Assembly: GCA_051294905.1 (NCBI GenBank)
Contig: CM119371.1
Coordinates: 25,546,001 to 25,610,000, forward strand
Origin: Botryllus schlosseri
Lineage: Eukaryota
Direction: 5' to 3'
Length of the DNA stretch: 64,000 nt
The translations under genes and the position numbers were made by a program. A model generated the notes under the pieces. That model was given only the letters and a program-made list of their open reading frames with translations. It made no database searches and was not told where the DNA came from. This document shows positions 27,001 to 42,000 of this stretch, piece by piece (the first letter of the stretch is position 1; the number at the start of each line of letters is the position of its first letter).

Positions 27001-30000
27001 GTCTACTCAACAATTGCTTGAGCTGTGGATGCGGAACAGGTTATTTTCGGTTGGAAAGAAAACGAGTTATTGTGATGGGTCGAAGTCTTAAATAATACAA
27101 ATACATAAAAAGGCGATAATGCTTTGTTCATATACTTACTGTCACTACAAAGATCGTGTCGTATGTGTCGAAGTGAGAGGGGAAGAATACAAAGTAGTCC
27201 CGGTTCCAAATATTTGACTCTTCTACATAAAGTTCCATTATCTCCATACGTCGCATATGGTTCATCGGATCCGTCGCTAGAAAAATATTTATAACGAATG
27301 TATTTGTTGATGCCTAGCCTATAAGCAGAGGATTGTGTGTAAAATTTAGCCAACCGCTGCGGTTTGTCAGGAACATATGCAGTTCTTCCAACTGTCTACT
27401 CTAAATCGGGCGTCAGGCGCTTGTACTACAATAACTACATCGGTTCCAAAATTCCTGCGAATTTGCTCATCGCCCATTTATTCACTATAATTAGCCCACA
27501 CAACCAACTAAATTTGGTTTGTGAGCGCGAACCTATAAATTATCAAGGTTTCGCTTTCCGAACACGAATGCGAGCCGGACGTTCGTAACACCCCCAATGC
27601 ACATTCGCAATCAAATACATGAATATTTTCAGGAAATGAACTAATATGTTCTCGCTCATCATTCAATCACCAATACCTGCAATGTTTATATCCGTCGCAA
27701 AATCCTCTAGGATCAATACACCTCGATCCGTCACTGCACTGGAATTCCTCCATAGAGCAGTGTATACCTATAGAAATAATTATTACAACAATTCACTCCA
27801 TTGCACTAAGTTTGCGTGGAATTACCGGGAATTTGATGATAGCACTACTTGTTGCAATTGCCAACGTTTTTCAATATGATTCAGGTGATCATATATACCA
27901 GTTACGCGATTATGACAAGTGGCTTACAGTTAAAATCGATCAAGCCGCCTCATGCGCATTGCGCACTATCTTTACCTATGATAGTGAAACACAATGACAA
28001 AATAGTTGTATACAAGTCACAAGACAAGCTCACATTATAGTTTTGACTCGAGTCAAGCAACCACCGATCCAAGTACGAGTCCTAGTCAGGGTGCAAAGTG
28101 TCAAGTCCGCATCATGATATTGGGACTCGAGTTCTAGTACTGATCGCCGTGTTCACTGTTCGGTCCCTAGTTAAAGTAATGTTCATCTCACAGTTTTGCT
28201 TGAGGTATGTCGACCCTGATGGGTCGCATTCATATTCTCATACTTTTTCTTACTCGCAACATGTTTATTCAAACAGATAAAAGACAGTTTGTTTCCTTAC
28301 CGGCAGTGAAAGACACAATGTCAATATTGCGGTAACTTTACATTTTTTTCGAAGTTGCCTTGCCCGTATGACACATTGTGATGTGCTCAAAGTAGCCAAG
28401 ACTGCTACTCTAGTAAAAGTAGACGTAGCGACCCAGAATTATACTCAACCACCATTAGAACTGGGACATTTCGAAGCAGAAAATACTACATAACCGGGAA
28501 GTAGAATAAGCTGACTTTGAAAATTATTCAATGAGGTAAATAGTGTTTAAAAGCAGTCGCACATACGCTGCCATTATTCGTAGTCCACACTTGAACTGGG
28601 CAAAATCGAGTACCTGAGTGATTCGATTTAGAATCATGTGTTACGATTCGAGTCGAGTATTCGAGTATCACTCATTATGACATCACAACAGAATGGACTA
28701 TGCCAAAGTTCAAATATGTACCTTTTATGCCACCACAAAGAACATAATGCCTGTTATCCGTTACATTAAAGATACTTTGGTATTGTTTCGACCATACCGA
28801 CTTAATGACACTTCTTGACAATGGTGTGGGATGATGATGACTTGAGAAATGTGTTATTTCCACTAACGCTCGTATATTTGCACTATTATTTGTCAAAACT
28901 ACATTTCTCGTTAGTAAATTAGCTTTCGGTAGCGAGGAGCGTATAATTTCAGTACTCGAAAAAATCATCTTTTATTACTCGACTCGAATCAATAAAATTG
29001 ATACTCGATTCAGATTCGAGTACTCGAATCATTGTGCCCAGCCAGACTCCAAACCCGGAAACTGACATATATGGTGATGGTGTCGAGAACTGGTTTGGTT
29101 TGTGTTGCTATTCATCATACGCAGTAGGTATATATTGTCAACTGCATAAGCAATCGACAGTATAATGTGTTACAAAGAATGCTTTTGGTATCGAACAGTG
29201 GAACAGTGGAACTGTTTTCACTCCGGAACCACCTTTAAAAATGTGTCGGTATGATGACCTCATCCGTATTAATACAAGGCCCGCAGTTAATGAGGCTATG
29301 AGCACTACGTATAAGTTTGTATCGGATACTACCGCATTACCGCATTGCGCGATTAAGAAGTCAAGTGAGAATATGGTAGATCGTATAATGATTCCAAACT
29401 TTTTGCTGATATCTATTTACTGTGATGAAACTATCGTATGGGATACCATATATGTGGCAAGACACTGCCCAAAGGAACATCGTAAACACTGGATAAATAA
29501 TATTGACCGATACTTCCGTGGAAAAGATTTTGGTCACTCCATATATATGGCGTGCTAAAGACCGTCTGCGAATACAACCCATGGTATTTTGGTCTCTCTC
29601 TGAACAGAATGAAGCGCTCTGCTTGTCCGATATAATAGTATTTCCCTTTACTATAGCGCAGCTACCAACAAGTAAGCATGTGTTGGATGGTGCGGACCAC
29701 CGGATGAATACCACTGCTCACGAGTACTCGTGTTACAACTATGAACTCAAAATTTCATATTAAGATATGCCATTGCGACAAAACAAAATTTTGGAGTTTA
29801 TTACCCCACTACCCGATCTTGCTATGAGTAGGGCTGGCCACGATGATCGAGCAGCCTACTCGAATCAGAATCGAGTACTAATTCCAATGATTCGAGTCGA
29901 GTAGTAAAATACGATTTTTCCGAGTACTGAAATTATACACTTCTCGCCACTGAAAGTTAATTTACTAACGAGAATTATAGTTTCAATGCTATTTTCCATT

Positions 30001-33000
30001 CTGGAAGCCTTGAAACTTTGATTGGCCGTATCGCAGCATACGGAACATAGTCCAAAACTACTAACATTACTGGAAATGCCATATTCCGAAGCCATGATCA
30101 ACCCACAACATTGTCAGAAAGTATAATGAAAACCCTGTGGTCGAGCAAATACCAAAGTGTCTTCAATGCAATGAATAACTGGTATTATATTATTTGTAGT
30201 AGCATAAAAGGTACATATTTGATATGTGACATATTACATCAGAGGTCTCAAACACGCGGCCCGCGGGCCGCATGTGGCCCGCCAGTGCATTTTGTGCGGC
30301 CCGCGACGACATTTTACATTTTCAATAATTTACAATAAATAAGCGCAAAATATATCTTTTCAAGTTTTAAAGTGAAAATTCCCTTTCAAATTGCTCCTAA
30401 AGCCTGAAACTATTCATCAAACTTCACTATCCGCGACTATGCAGTAGAATGTTCACTATTTCGCCATGTTTACAATTCATGATGGGAAACCCTGACCGTT
30501 AGACGATAGTCGTTTGCAGCATTATGCTTAGACGATCCATGGGAATTATGCTTAGACGATACGTGACTGAAATTTGTGAGTTAGACTTGGACGCGACCTT
30601 TATTAGAATTACTCGGACTCGGGCTGACTCGATGGCTGAATGAAAATGACCCGAGTGAACTCGGAGTGACGCGGAAGGCCGTGAATTGGTTAAAACCATG
30701 GAAAACTGAATGGGATAGAACGGTAACTGCGTGGCCTGTCAATCAGATACGGTTGAATGACAAGTCATCGCTGCCAGAATGTTTCGGTTGTCTGCCGTGA
30801 TGCTCGGGCTAACGTAAACACACATAGCGGGTTAATTAAGTGTTATTATTATCGTAGCTTGTCTAGATTACTTTTCATGTAGTAGACGGTTGTGATTAAG
30901 TTGAACATCGACTGTAGTGCTGTATTATTATTATTTTAATTTCATCAGGTACACGGCTTACTCATTTATACTATATATCTATTGAAATTATGACCTCGCA
31001 AGTTGGTGACGTTGTTAAGGAATGGTACGATATTCCCCCGGAAATTGTCCATGAACTTCTCTTCAACGACTTTGATGAAAGAATGGACACCATATCTGTT
31101 CCAAATATTATTCAGCAACCAGTGGATCTTAAACCATTGCTACGCTCATTGGAGTTCAAAGACCCACCAGAACTAGCTACGGGGTGGATTATCAGTATGA
31201 ATTCCACTAGAAATCCAGATGATATTGTGATGAGTTACAGTAAGGTTTGCAGTGAACCAATATTATACAAAATCAATTGGCAGGCTTTTCTCTGCCAAAT
31301 TTTTACTTGAGCTCATGGAAAAAATAATTGATAATGGAATGAAGCCACCTCAGCCGGAGTAATTGGTCTCTGCCAGTATTTCTGAAAGGAAGGGCAATAT
31401 TTTAGAATACATGGCTGGTTTTACTTTGAGAAAGACAATTCGAAAATTCAATGACCGCAGGTAGACCAGAGGTCTCAAACTCAAATGTGCTTGCGGGCCA
31501 ATTTCCTACTTTTTGATGGCGCCGCGAGCCGCAGCACTAATAATATGGGAATTCAATGTATTTCCGAGTAGGCCTTTTCTGACCTTGCAGGCTGACATTC
31601 CACACGCATCTTGAAAATGTGATTTAGCCTACTATTGTAAATTCACGCTTGGCACGAAAAAAAGTCACATTTAGAAATATTTGAATAACATTGTTGCTGT
31701 ACTTGACATAGTTGCTGTATATTTAGTTGTAGACACCATGCGAGAGTACAAATGCACCAGGACATCCCAAAATGCTGTCGCATTATATAATTTGCAGCCG
31801 GCGGACATTTGATGTGTCACAATTATAGGTAGAATATTTTAGAATTTTACAGAGATTTATCTGATACCAGAGCATTGGAGCAGTACAACCAAATCAGGGG
31901 CCATACTCCTGATAACAAGACTAATGATCATGTCATTACCAAAGTCAAATTAAATCAGTGTTAGAGTTACCTTCGAATATTGGAGCATAGATCTATAACA
32001 ACTTGAATATAATGATTACTGTGTCATAGCAATAGAAATTTCCAATCGCCGAAGTATTCATTGATCTTCCACTGCGTGGTAAATTTTGTAAGTGATGTAA
32101 TGTGAAGTTTGATGAGAAATTTCAGGCTTCTGGAGTAGCTTTGGCGCGAATTTCCAGTTATCAAATTAAAAAAACAAGATATTCCGCAGTTAAATATTGT
32201 AAAATACTTCGAAATCCGAAACACCGCCGCGGGTCGCACAAAATGGTCTCCGGGCCGCGTGTTTGAGACCTCTGAGGTAGATCGATCTTTCCTTGAATAT
32301 CTTTTAAATAACACTGACAGGCCCTTTGGCAAGTTAATCCCCCTGATGGAGCGCAAGGCTGGGGCGCTTGTATATCCAGGCTCAGAGCTGCTCCTTCTTC
32401 TTAGGAGAGTCTACAGAGAGTTTACGAGGGAATGCAGCAAATCCCTAAAGTTAATAAACTTTTCAATTTTGCAGGACAGAGTTGTCAAAAGTTCATACGT
32501 ATTCAACTTCAGAAGCAGCATCAACAGAGCAACGTGTACTAATGTCCATTCCAAACTAGTGATAGACTATGTCATTGGCTTATTTCTTAGAGTGTTGGGT
32601 CACTCCTTCGCAAATAAGCTAGTTAACAAGCTTCGGAAAGAAAGAGAGTCGAATAAAGGAAGCCAGGGTACACGTGGTGACTTGAAGGGAAAATCTTGAT
32701 CCGAAAGTGTTTTACAATGTTTTCAATTTAAAAATTGATGGCATATAACTTACAATATAGATTTTAGCGAATCTGGACGAGACACTGGCCTTGCAGTACA
32801 TTGTGATTTAGTTTAACACACCGCCAGTGTCTTTTTAGTTTATAAATCTGCTTTATTTTTCAGATTGTCATGTTCTACCCGCGCTGCTAAGGATTGACAT
32901 CTCATTGCAACAAGTATGTGATCGCAGGGTCAACAAGAAACGTAATTATTACAAGAATGACAGTTCAATGACGATGCGAATATTAACAAACCTTTACCAC

Positions 33001-36000
33001 ATGAAGGTGTAGGGTACAATACTATATATATATATATATCACCAGGAGCATTGTTGACTTTTAGGCATGCAATCCTTTCATTTCTCATCTGAGCAATAAA
33101 TGAGCATTGCAACAGTCATCATGTGTGGTATTGCATATTGACAAATTATCAAGTATATTGACGATTTATCATGCATTCATTAGATGTTAGCCAGTTATGC
33201 AGAGCTGTCCGGGGCACAACTGGTACGAGCAGATTGGTGCATGAAGGCACCACGGAGACCAAAGTATAAACCCGGTTAAAATGAAAGATCTCCGGGTTGC
33301 CAGGACCCTTTCATATCCAGCAAATGGGTTGGGTGTCAGTGACAGTTTTGGGTTTTTCTTCAGATTTTGTGATTTCCTGGCATGGTTCATATTTTGTAAT
33401 CTCCTTGCATGGTCCGCGGCGTCATGTGGCCGGTCATCTTCATCTGAAAAATAAGATCATACGTCAGCATACGATAGACAAGTCACCGTCAAACACTATC
33501 CCGTAATGATAGGACATGAGTGATCAATGATCATGGTTGGCATAAGCTGGTCGCATTTTCGACAGATATATACAAATTGGTATCGAATCTATGATACGTC
33601 TCAAACATATGTGCAGCATTACAAAAAGAGTGGGCTGTTTTCAATCAATAAACCTGTATTTTAGAGTTAGCTCAGGAATTTCGTAAATTTATTTGTAGAC
33701 GGCTGCAGGCCTTAGGAGGAGCAAATCCGAAACTGACCCGATTTTAGGTTGAATATGCTGATCATCTTCCTCCAAATCAAGATAGAGCTTTCCCTTCCTC
33801 TCATATGCTACCCAGCAACCTATTGAACAGTAAGTAAGTGACAAATTAGCATCCAACTTGGTTCTAAATTTCACCTACCTTGAATAAGGGATGCGTCCTT
33901 TTTCAATCGGGCAACATTTTGATAATATAATTTTTTAGCACAAGCTTTTCTGAGAGCTGGCTCTTTCCTTGGTGGGGAAAAGAACGATGCGGACTTTTTA
34001 GGCAAATTTAGGCAAGGTATGGCTCCCAACTTCAGCCAACGTCTCCAAGAAGCACCTGCCGCTATGATATCTTCTGGCCGGAAATGTAGATCACATATTG
34101 TGTTCTTAAAAACACCATAAATGGTCCATGAAAGAATAATTGCATGATGCCAGTAACAACGTATCAGTCACTGATTTGCGCCTAATACATATAAATATCC
34201 AGTTTGATATCATACCGGCATGCACTAGCCTGTCGGAACACCTCCCATACCATTTACAGATCGTAATCTGTCACAACAGAAAAGGAATTCCGTAACTCAC
34301 GATTCTCTATCAAGCTGACTGATTATATTATCTCTTTTATCCGTAGAATCACGCATGGACAATATAAAACAATGTAGTTGCGATCGGTGCTACCTTTCCT
34401 GTTCGTCCTTTGCGAGATCCACCCTGTGCTGAATTAGCCTACTATTTTTTCGACTTACAGTATTACAACCAGGGACGGCACAATTCTTCGCAGGCATTTC
34501 CAATATGCGATAGCTGTAAATAAGTACCAATATAGTTCTGCAAAACATATATATTTATATATATAGTAGGTCAAATGGTACATCCGATCACAGCTAACAA
34601 ACGAAACTTTGTGTATGCCGAGGTATCGGCGGTCTCACGGCTCTCGCCATAGTGAGCAAAACACGGTTTCGCGCCTCCGCTAATTTGCTCGATGACTTGT
34701 CATTCAACCGTATCTGATTGACACGCCACGCAGTCACCATTCTATCCCATTCAGTTTTCCATGGTTAAAACCATGGACGCAACAAACTATTCGCGTATCA
34801 TGGGAATAGTAATAGGCCTATATGACAAGGTCACAGCTTGGTATTTCTAAGCAAGTAGTTATGGCAACCATTGGCAATCCGTTAGTTAAATCTTGGGTCG
34901 CTAAACCATGCTATTAGGCCACTTAAAGGTACCGAGTACCGTAGTAGTACCCTTCAACGATGTGACAACCATGGGTTGTCCGGCTTTCCGACATTTCTAT
35001 CACTATGACACCTTCATTATAATATCTATACTGTTATTTTTATACTCCAATATTCGAAGGTATTTGACCATGACCACCATGACCATGACCGCCACTTATC
35101 AGGATTATACCCAAATCCTGGATTGGGCTATACAATGCTAAACCCCAAATGCGGTGATCGCAATCTCTGTTATCAATATGGTAAATTTAAAATATTCATA
35201 GTAGCTGCAAAATTATAATGTGATAGCTTTTATGATAACATTATATATATTTGTCCGCTCACATGGCGTCTATATATCTTATAATTAATATATATTAAGT
35301 ACAACAAGACTTGTATTCTATTAGTTATGATTGTGATGTTTTTCTTCATGCCAGGCCTAAATTGATACATCACATTTTTATGATGTGTGTTGCATGTCAG
35401 TTCGGCTCACTTTCAATAGGACAATTTCATCCCGTCGAATAAGGCCTACTTCGAAAGACATGGAATATATACCCCTATTAATGCTGCGGCCCGCGGCATC
35501 GTCAAAACTGGAAAATTGGCCCGCGAGCACATTTGAGTTTAAGACCTCTGTATTACATTATGTTATGACTTCATAATGATTGATACTCGAATACTCGACT
35601 CGACTCGAAGCATAATACGAGATTCAGAATCGAATCACTCAGATACTCGATTTTGCCCAGCCCTAGTTAGGCGACGTCACTGCTGTAAGCTAAATTAATA
35701 TCGATTTAGCGACTTGAGCAAGGTCAGGTAAAAATTGTTGGTACATATAATGTGGTGCTACGTTGCTACAGCAACGTTGAGTACATTATTTTCGAGTAAT
35801 CTAGTATCACGATCTGTATTATTTTCATGAGCTCAACGTACTCGGAAGTGAGGTTGATGGATGTTGCTGAGAGACGGCCAGGTCGTTTTATGAATTTCCT
35901 GATTTCCCCGTTCTCAATGGGAATTGCCGAGTTCTTTGAAACTATTTTGAGCAAAATCTAGCAGGTTCCATTTTAACTTCGCTTTTTCGTCTAACCGCTA

Positions 36001-39000
36001 AAGTCACACACACGATATATGCAGTGATCGCGGACAGTGAAAAGAACCAATTTGGTAGAAGGTTATGTCCTGTCTTTTCAAATGAAACTTTATTATATTT
36101 CATACTTACCGATCCTGCACAATTTCAGCCTTTCATGTTCCAGGTGCAGCGGTAGAATACAAAGGAATGCACCACCCGCAGACTTCCCTCTGCATAGCGT
36201 CTGATTGCTATTGTCAAAAGTGGCATATTGTGTCTCGTCCGACCCATCGCTGTCAAAAGAAATTGTGTTCTGCAAGATTGATTATTCGTCGATTCGTTGG
36301 AGTAATGATACATAGTCATGCCGTGGAATAAGGCTAGATAAGCGACATTGTGCCGCTCTCATCCGACTTCAAACAGGATATGATCATGGACTCTGTGGCA
36401 TTGTTTATAATTAGGAAACGGTAGATGGACTTTTAGTTGAGTGCAATAGATCAGTGGTTCTCAACCTTTTTGTCTTCGCGGACCCCTTTTGGGCCGTCAC
36501 GGGCTCCCGCGGACCCCCGACGTTTTAGATCAATTTTAGCTCAATATTCGCACAATCATCATCTGTATTGTTCAAATGATTACTGTAGGGCTAGTGATTA
36601 GCAGCAACAAAATGACTTCCTATTCATATAGAAATTGGGTTGAATTTCATTATTTCAAAGCGAATTCTGCAACTGCATTTCTTTAAAGACGTGGTCGTGC
36701 CTTGAAAATCCGCACCTTCGATTTGATATCAACGAATGCTGAAAATCCATTTGGACCAGTGGTTCCCATTATTTTTAGACATTCCCCCCCTTTACGATAG
36801 TGAAATATTTCGCGCCCCCTTATTATCATAACACAAAATGAAACCAGAATGCTAGCAAACCCAATGGGTAGTTTGATTGCATGGATGGTTGGTTATGCTT
36901 GATGATGAGAGAATTCTTCAATACGAAATTTGGGCTAAACACATAGTAACAACAACGAACTGCAGGTAAATCGCGCGAAGCGCGAAAATATTTTTCAGTT
37001 GGCCACATCTTTGTTCCCTCCTTCAGATTTTTTCACGCCCCCCAAAAGGGGTGCGTCCCCTAGTTTGAGAACCACAGATTTAGACAAAGAAAGGTGGTGA
37101 CAAATGTAATAATAACGGGTAACGCTTCCGACGACACAATTGGGCATGATCGTACCAATTATGGCACCAAACAATTTTTTTATTGAGCATTCAACGTCAA
37201 GCCTGTTCATTTCTATCTAGCAGACAATCTTGAAGTTATTATGGAAAAGTGGTTATGTATATCACAGGGTAAAATGGATTTTTGCAAACATATTCAAGTG
37301 ACAGTGATTGACCTTACTATTGCAACTGTTTATTTTTTACACAATCCCCAACAAAACAGCAAAATATTTGTATCAGTAGGATATTGGCAATTGGCAGCTA
37401 AAATGAGTCGGCACAGCAGGATATTTCACCTTTGACGGCCATTCTGTTGATTTGAGTTCCACTGCTAATGAACAAAAACTGCCTCGTGATTTTCCTAATT
37501 TTAAAAAAATACAAATTTGGTTAAAAACGATCTTGTAAATTCAGAGGCTTCGCGGACCCCCTGGAAATGCTTCGCGGACCCCCAGGGGTCCGCGGACCCC
37601 CGGTTGAGAACCGCTGCAATAGATACTGTGTACACGAAATTCTAATGCCCGTGTTTTGAAACCAATGTAACACTCGCATTAACGATAATTCGTCGAATTA
37701 TCTCTGTTTCGCATCACAACAACTATTTCATAAGACGGGAATTATTTATGGTCACGCGTCGCTGACTCACGCGTCGCCAACCGTAATTCGAGAATGAAGC
37801 CAGTGGATCCGTGATGGTACCACGGAACGAATTTCTTCGCTCGGTAAGACTCGTTTTCGTGTAAAATGTAAGTCGCCAAAAACGGGGAATTATGTCTCAT
37901 TTGCTGGGTTCGTGGTAGCTGTACTGCGCGACTGCCTATGAAAAGATGGACTTTTTAGAGTTTATGAGGTGGACTGGGGAAGAGTATGATCGGGATTTAG
38001 TTCATGAAAGAATACCGAAACGTCGACTGGCAGATTTGCAAAACCCTATGGAAAATATCTCTGACGACCAATTTAGAGCGCGCTATCGCTTCACAAAACA
38101 AGGCCTTCATGACTTCATTGCGATCATTCAGAATGACTTCAGACATTCTAGTAAAGGCGTTGCTCTACCAGTACTGCATAAAATGTTGATATTCTTACGC
38201 TTCACAAGCAGCGGTTCTTTTCAATTGATTCTTGGTGATTTGGAAGGCATTTCGCAGCCGACAGTATCAAATGTAATAAAGGACGTAAGGAAGTGATGGT
38301 GGTCGATGGCTTGCCCGTTTGCAAATTTAGTTATTTTCATTTACAGGTTTCAAAAGTCATAGTTGCTAATCTTAGGACTTTCGTACGATGGCCTCATTCC
38401 AACCTGCAGAGTGTGAAGGAGGAATATTTTGCTATCGCGTCATTTCCAGATGTGATAGGTGCAATTGATTGCACTCATGTTCGTATTCAGAGTCCAGGTG
38501 GTGAGAATGCAGAACGGTTCAGAAACCGAAAAGGCTACTTCTCCGTAAACTGTCAGGTGAATATCATAACTGTGATTTATAAGCTATAGCCATACAGGCA
38601 AAACCTGCATCAAGCCTCTATAACAATACCTATCAATAAATATATCAAGTATTTTCATATTGCAATATTATATGACAATATCGATATGTTACAGCGTACA
38701 ATTTGTTGCAGGTTTGGAGGATTTCTTGAAACTATATTCAATTTCTAGTAATATATACCTTGTCCACTATGAAACTTGTGCAAGATTTGCATACTATAGT
38801 AATTCACAATACCAATACATGCATTCATGTTTCAGGCTGTATGTGATGCTCGACTTATCTTCACCAACATTTATGCTAAATGGTACGGCTCTGCACATGA
38901 TTCGAGGATATTCCATAATTCTGCATTGTATGGATATCTGGAAAATCAGTCGACCTCAAATGGATTGCTGCTGGGGGACCAAGGATACCCGTTGACTAGT

Positions 39001-42000
39001 TATCTGATGACACCATTACGCAATCCCTTGCGTCAGCCTGAACTGTCGTATAACAAAAGCCACAAAAAGACCAGATTGACAATTGAGCGTGCATTTGGTG
39101 TTTTGAAGAGAATATTTTCCTGCCTAATAACAGGCCTGAGATTTAAAATCAGCACAACTCTACATGTAATTCCAGCTTGTGTCTGTATGTACAACTTCAT
39201 CAGGCAACGTGGCATGATTGAGGCATTATTTGATGAATTAAGGGATGATGAGATGGACGATAGTGATGTTTTGCCACAAGGCCATCGTACAGATTACGCA
39301 CAAGCTTCAGCGACCCGTCAGCAACTGATAAGATTGCACTTTACATCTGTGCAGAGCTAAATCTGACCTGATGCTGTTGCAATTCATATTATTCCAACTT
39401 TCAATACAATTATTTTTCCTGGAAAATGTTGATGTGAAATTAATGGTCACCCTAGAATGGTAATATCAAGACATTCTTGCTGAGGTAGATAGAAAAATGT
39501 TCCTCGAAAAGTGCTCAGGTTCTTCAGAAAAATGTTCCTAGAAAAGTGTTCCGGTTCTTTCAAAAAGTAGGTTTAACAGAGAGATTGCATTCTTATGGCA
39601 GCAAAATGGTGGCTACTGATTCACAAATTACAATGCGGTTTTGCGACTAATGCAAAATGACTTGTGGTGATACTACAAATGGGTATATCTCGAAAAGATA
39701 ATTCCGTCATCCTGATACAGGCACACCAGTTCATGGCAAACCTGTAACAATGTCAGTCAGAAAAGTGATGCAAACTCATGACAAAACTACTTTCAGAATG
39801 GTGTTAAGTAATTAGTAGTGCATCAAGAACCATTCAAGTAACACAGAACCTACTTTTACGGTGTGTAGAGACTCCTCTAACTACCACCTCTGGTGATATG
39901 TTGCTGATAAATATAGCTTGTCAAACTGTAAATATCGTTAGCTAGCTATTACTGATATATATGGCACTTATAGTAAAGTGAACGCTTCGCAATCTGACCA
40001 ATAAAAGACATATACGTCTTGAAGCAGGCATTTATTCAGTGGCAAGGGGCAAGACCAAACTTATAGGCAAGATGAACAACGAACATACAAGAGCAAGCAC
40101 AGCATCAACACAAACACATATAACGGCAAGCACAGCATGAATTGGAATTGAGGCAGTTAGCGGTAACACATGAAGCGAGTACAAAAATACACGAGGCAAT
40201 TGGTAGGCAAAAGTCTGAAGAATACAAACAAATGTACAAAAGGATACCATAATAATCAGGCATCATTACAGATATGTATCTAGCTCATGTGGAGCAGTAA
40301 CATTGACATTGACATTAACATGTGACATTCCTCTCTTTTGTCTGTAGTACATAACCAATTATTGTTATTGAATCTAAATCCATTACGCATGATTGATAAC
40401 CATACATAAAATTGGCAATTACTAGTTTCCGCGTATCTTTTATGTTTGGGACACTGAACCTTTTGACCATTAATGTCTATTGTTTGTTGCAACGCTGCTC
40501 CAGTTCAATATCTGCCAAACGCAGCTTTTTGTTGAGCCGCTCGATCTTTTTCTGCAGCTTGATGGTTTGCAATTTGTAAAGCTCATTTCTTGATTCCGAC
40601 TCTTCATCAACATGGAGTTTTCTCTTTGCAGAACAACCAGGTTTTCCAGGTGCTGTCTTGTGAGAAGCTTGTTTCTCAGGAGTAGTGGCATACATTGTTA
40701 ATGATTTTGAAGAGATGGGATGTCTGCTTGACTCAGCAGATAGTAACGAGTCGTCAGAAGGTGCGGTGCTCGACGGAGATAACACCTCAGCGGTCAATGT
40801 GATCAATTCATCTGAAATCAAACAAGACATACTTGGTGACACATGTACTTTCCATGAGGTGATACTTGTGACTAGAGCCCGACCGATTATCGGCTCGCCG
40901 ATATTATCGAGTCGATATCACGCTTGGAGAGAAATATCGGTATCGGCCGTGGAAGGTAAAAAAATATCGGCCGTTTTCGTGACGTCACAACATGGTGGCA
41001 GGGAGTCAGAGAAGTCGATAGAAGACGTGAGGACGGTAAATTATAAAAAATAAATGGCCATGCTGCACATAGTGCATACTTCATACAGGCAGTAGGCGTG
41101 CCTGTCTGAAAAATATTATGGATTACTAACCACCGTTATGCCCCACTGACTTTGTGGGAATCCCCCTACAGTAATCGATCACCATGAAGACAGAGAGCTG
41201 CTGGGTGGATTGGATAGTTGTCTGCCGAAGATTTCAATCAGTAAGAGAAATGAGAACATCAATCATGCTGGACTGACCCTCGTGATGATAGAGAAAAGCG
41301 TCTCGTCGAAACATTTCTCGGAAGATAGTGCTATTGGTTCGGTACCAACAGAGCTACCAGTAGTGTATGAAGTCGTCTGACTGAGGCCTTCGGGGCCACC
41401 ATGATAGGAAATATGCGAGCATAGAGGGCAAGAAAATCAAGCAAACGTGGAGTAAAGCCAATAATTGATACGAAAATTTTTAATTCCATGATGACATAGG
41501 CCAATTCTGACAAAAGAGCGTAAAATATTGATCAATTGATTGTTTGAATGCTGGTCATGGTCAAAGCCCAAGGGGGATGGGTGGAGCAGTTGCAGACGTG
41601 GACAATTTCAGTTGTTTTGCACATTCTCTTCATCTATTTGTTAACGATGTGCTGAAGGCTCCAGGTGCACTGCCAGAAGAATATCAATAATAATATCAAT
41701 ATTTGGTGAAACCATTGAAGGAAAGATCCCCTGCAAGGGAGCGGTGGAACCGAAATGAAGAAAGATTTCCAATTCTTGCTGTGCCACTAACTATGGTACC
41801 AAGTGAAAGACTGCTCACTATGTTTAGTACTTTATACATCATTTATGGAAGACCACAGAAGTTCATTCCTTGGAGAATGAGCCGAGAAATTGTGCTTCGT
41901 GAACTGTAATCTGCAACTGCTGGATTGGTGCTATTGATATATTTTTATTGCCCCTAGATCATTTATTTCATGTTCAAGCATATCAATGGCTGTAAAGTTG

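Larger units (their letters stand above)
18832..28268. repeat. Head-to-tail tandem duplication, unit ~4.71-4.73 kb (18832-23548 and 23543-28268)
   Basis: Near-identical sequence, ORFs and MITEs repeated at that offset; GTTTAT present at all three boundaries. Confidence 0.95.
30697..34763. mobile_element. P-superfamily-like DNA transposon derivative (THAP remnant plus second ORF)
   Basis: ~75-bp TIR starting CATGGAAAACTGAATGGGATAGAA; perfect TSD GTTAAAAC; THAP exon inside. Confidence 0.8.
30240..35550. mobile_element. hAT Buster/Charlie-type element
   Basis: TIR CAGAGGTCT(C/T)AAAC; TSD TATTACAT. Confidence 0.88.
29829..35665. mobile_element. hAT MITE, outermost of a four-level nest
   Basis: TIR TAGGGCTGG; TSD degenerate (5 of 8 match). 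Confidence 0.7.
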
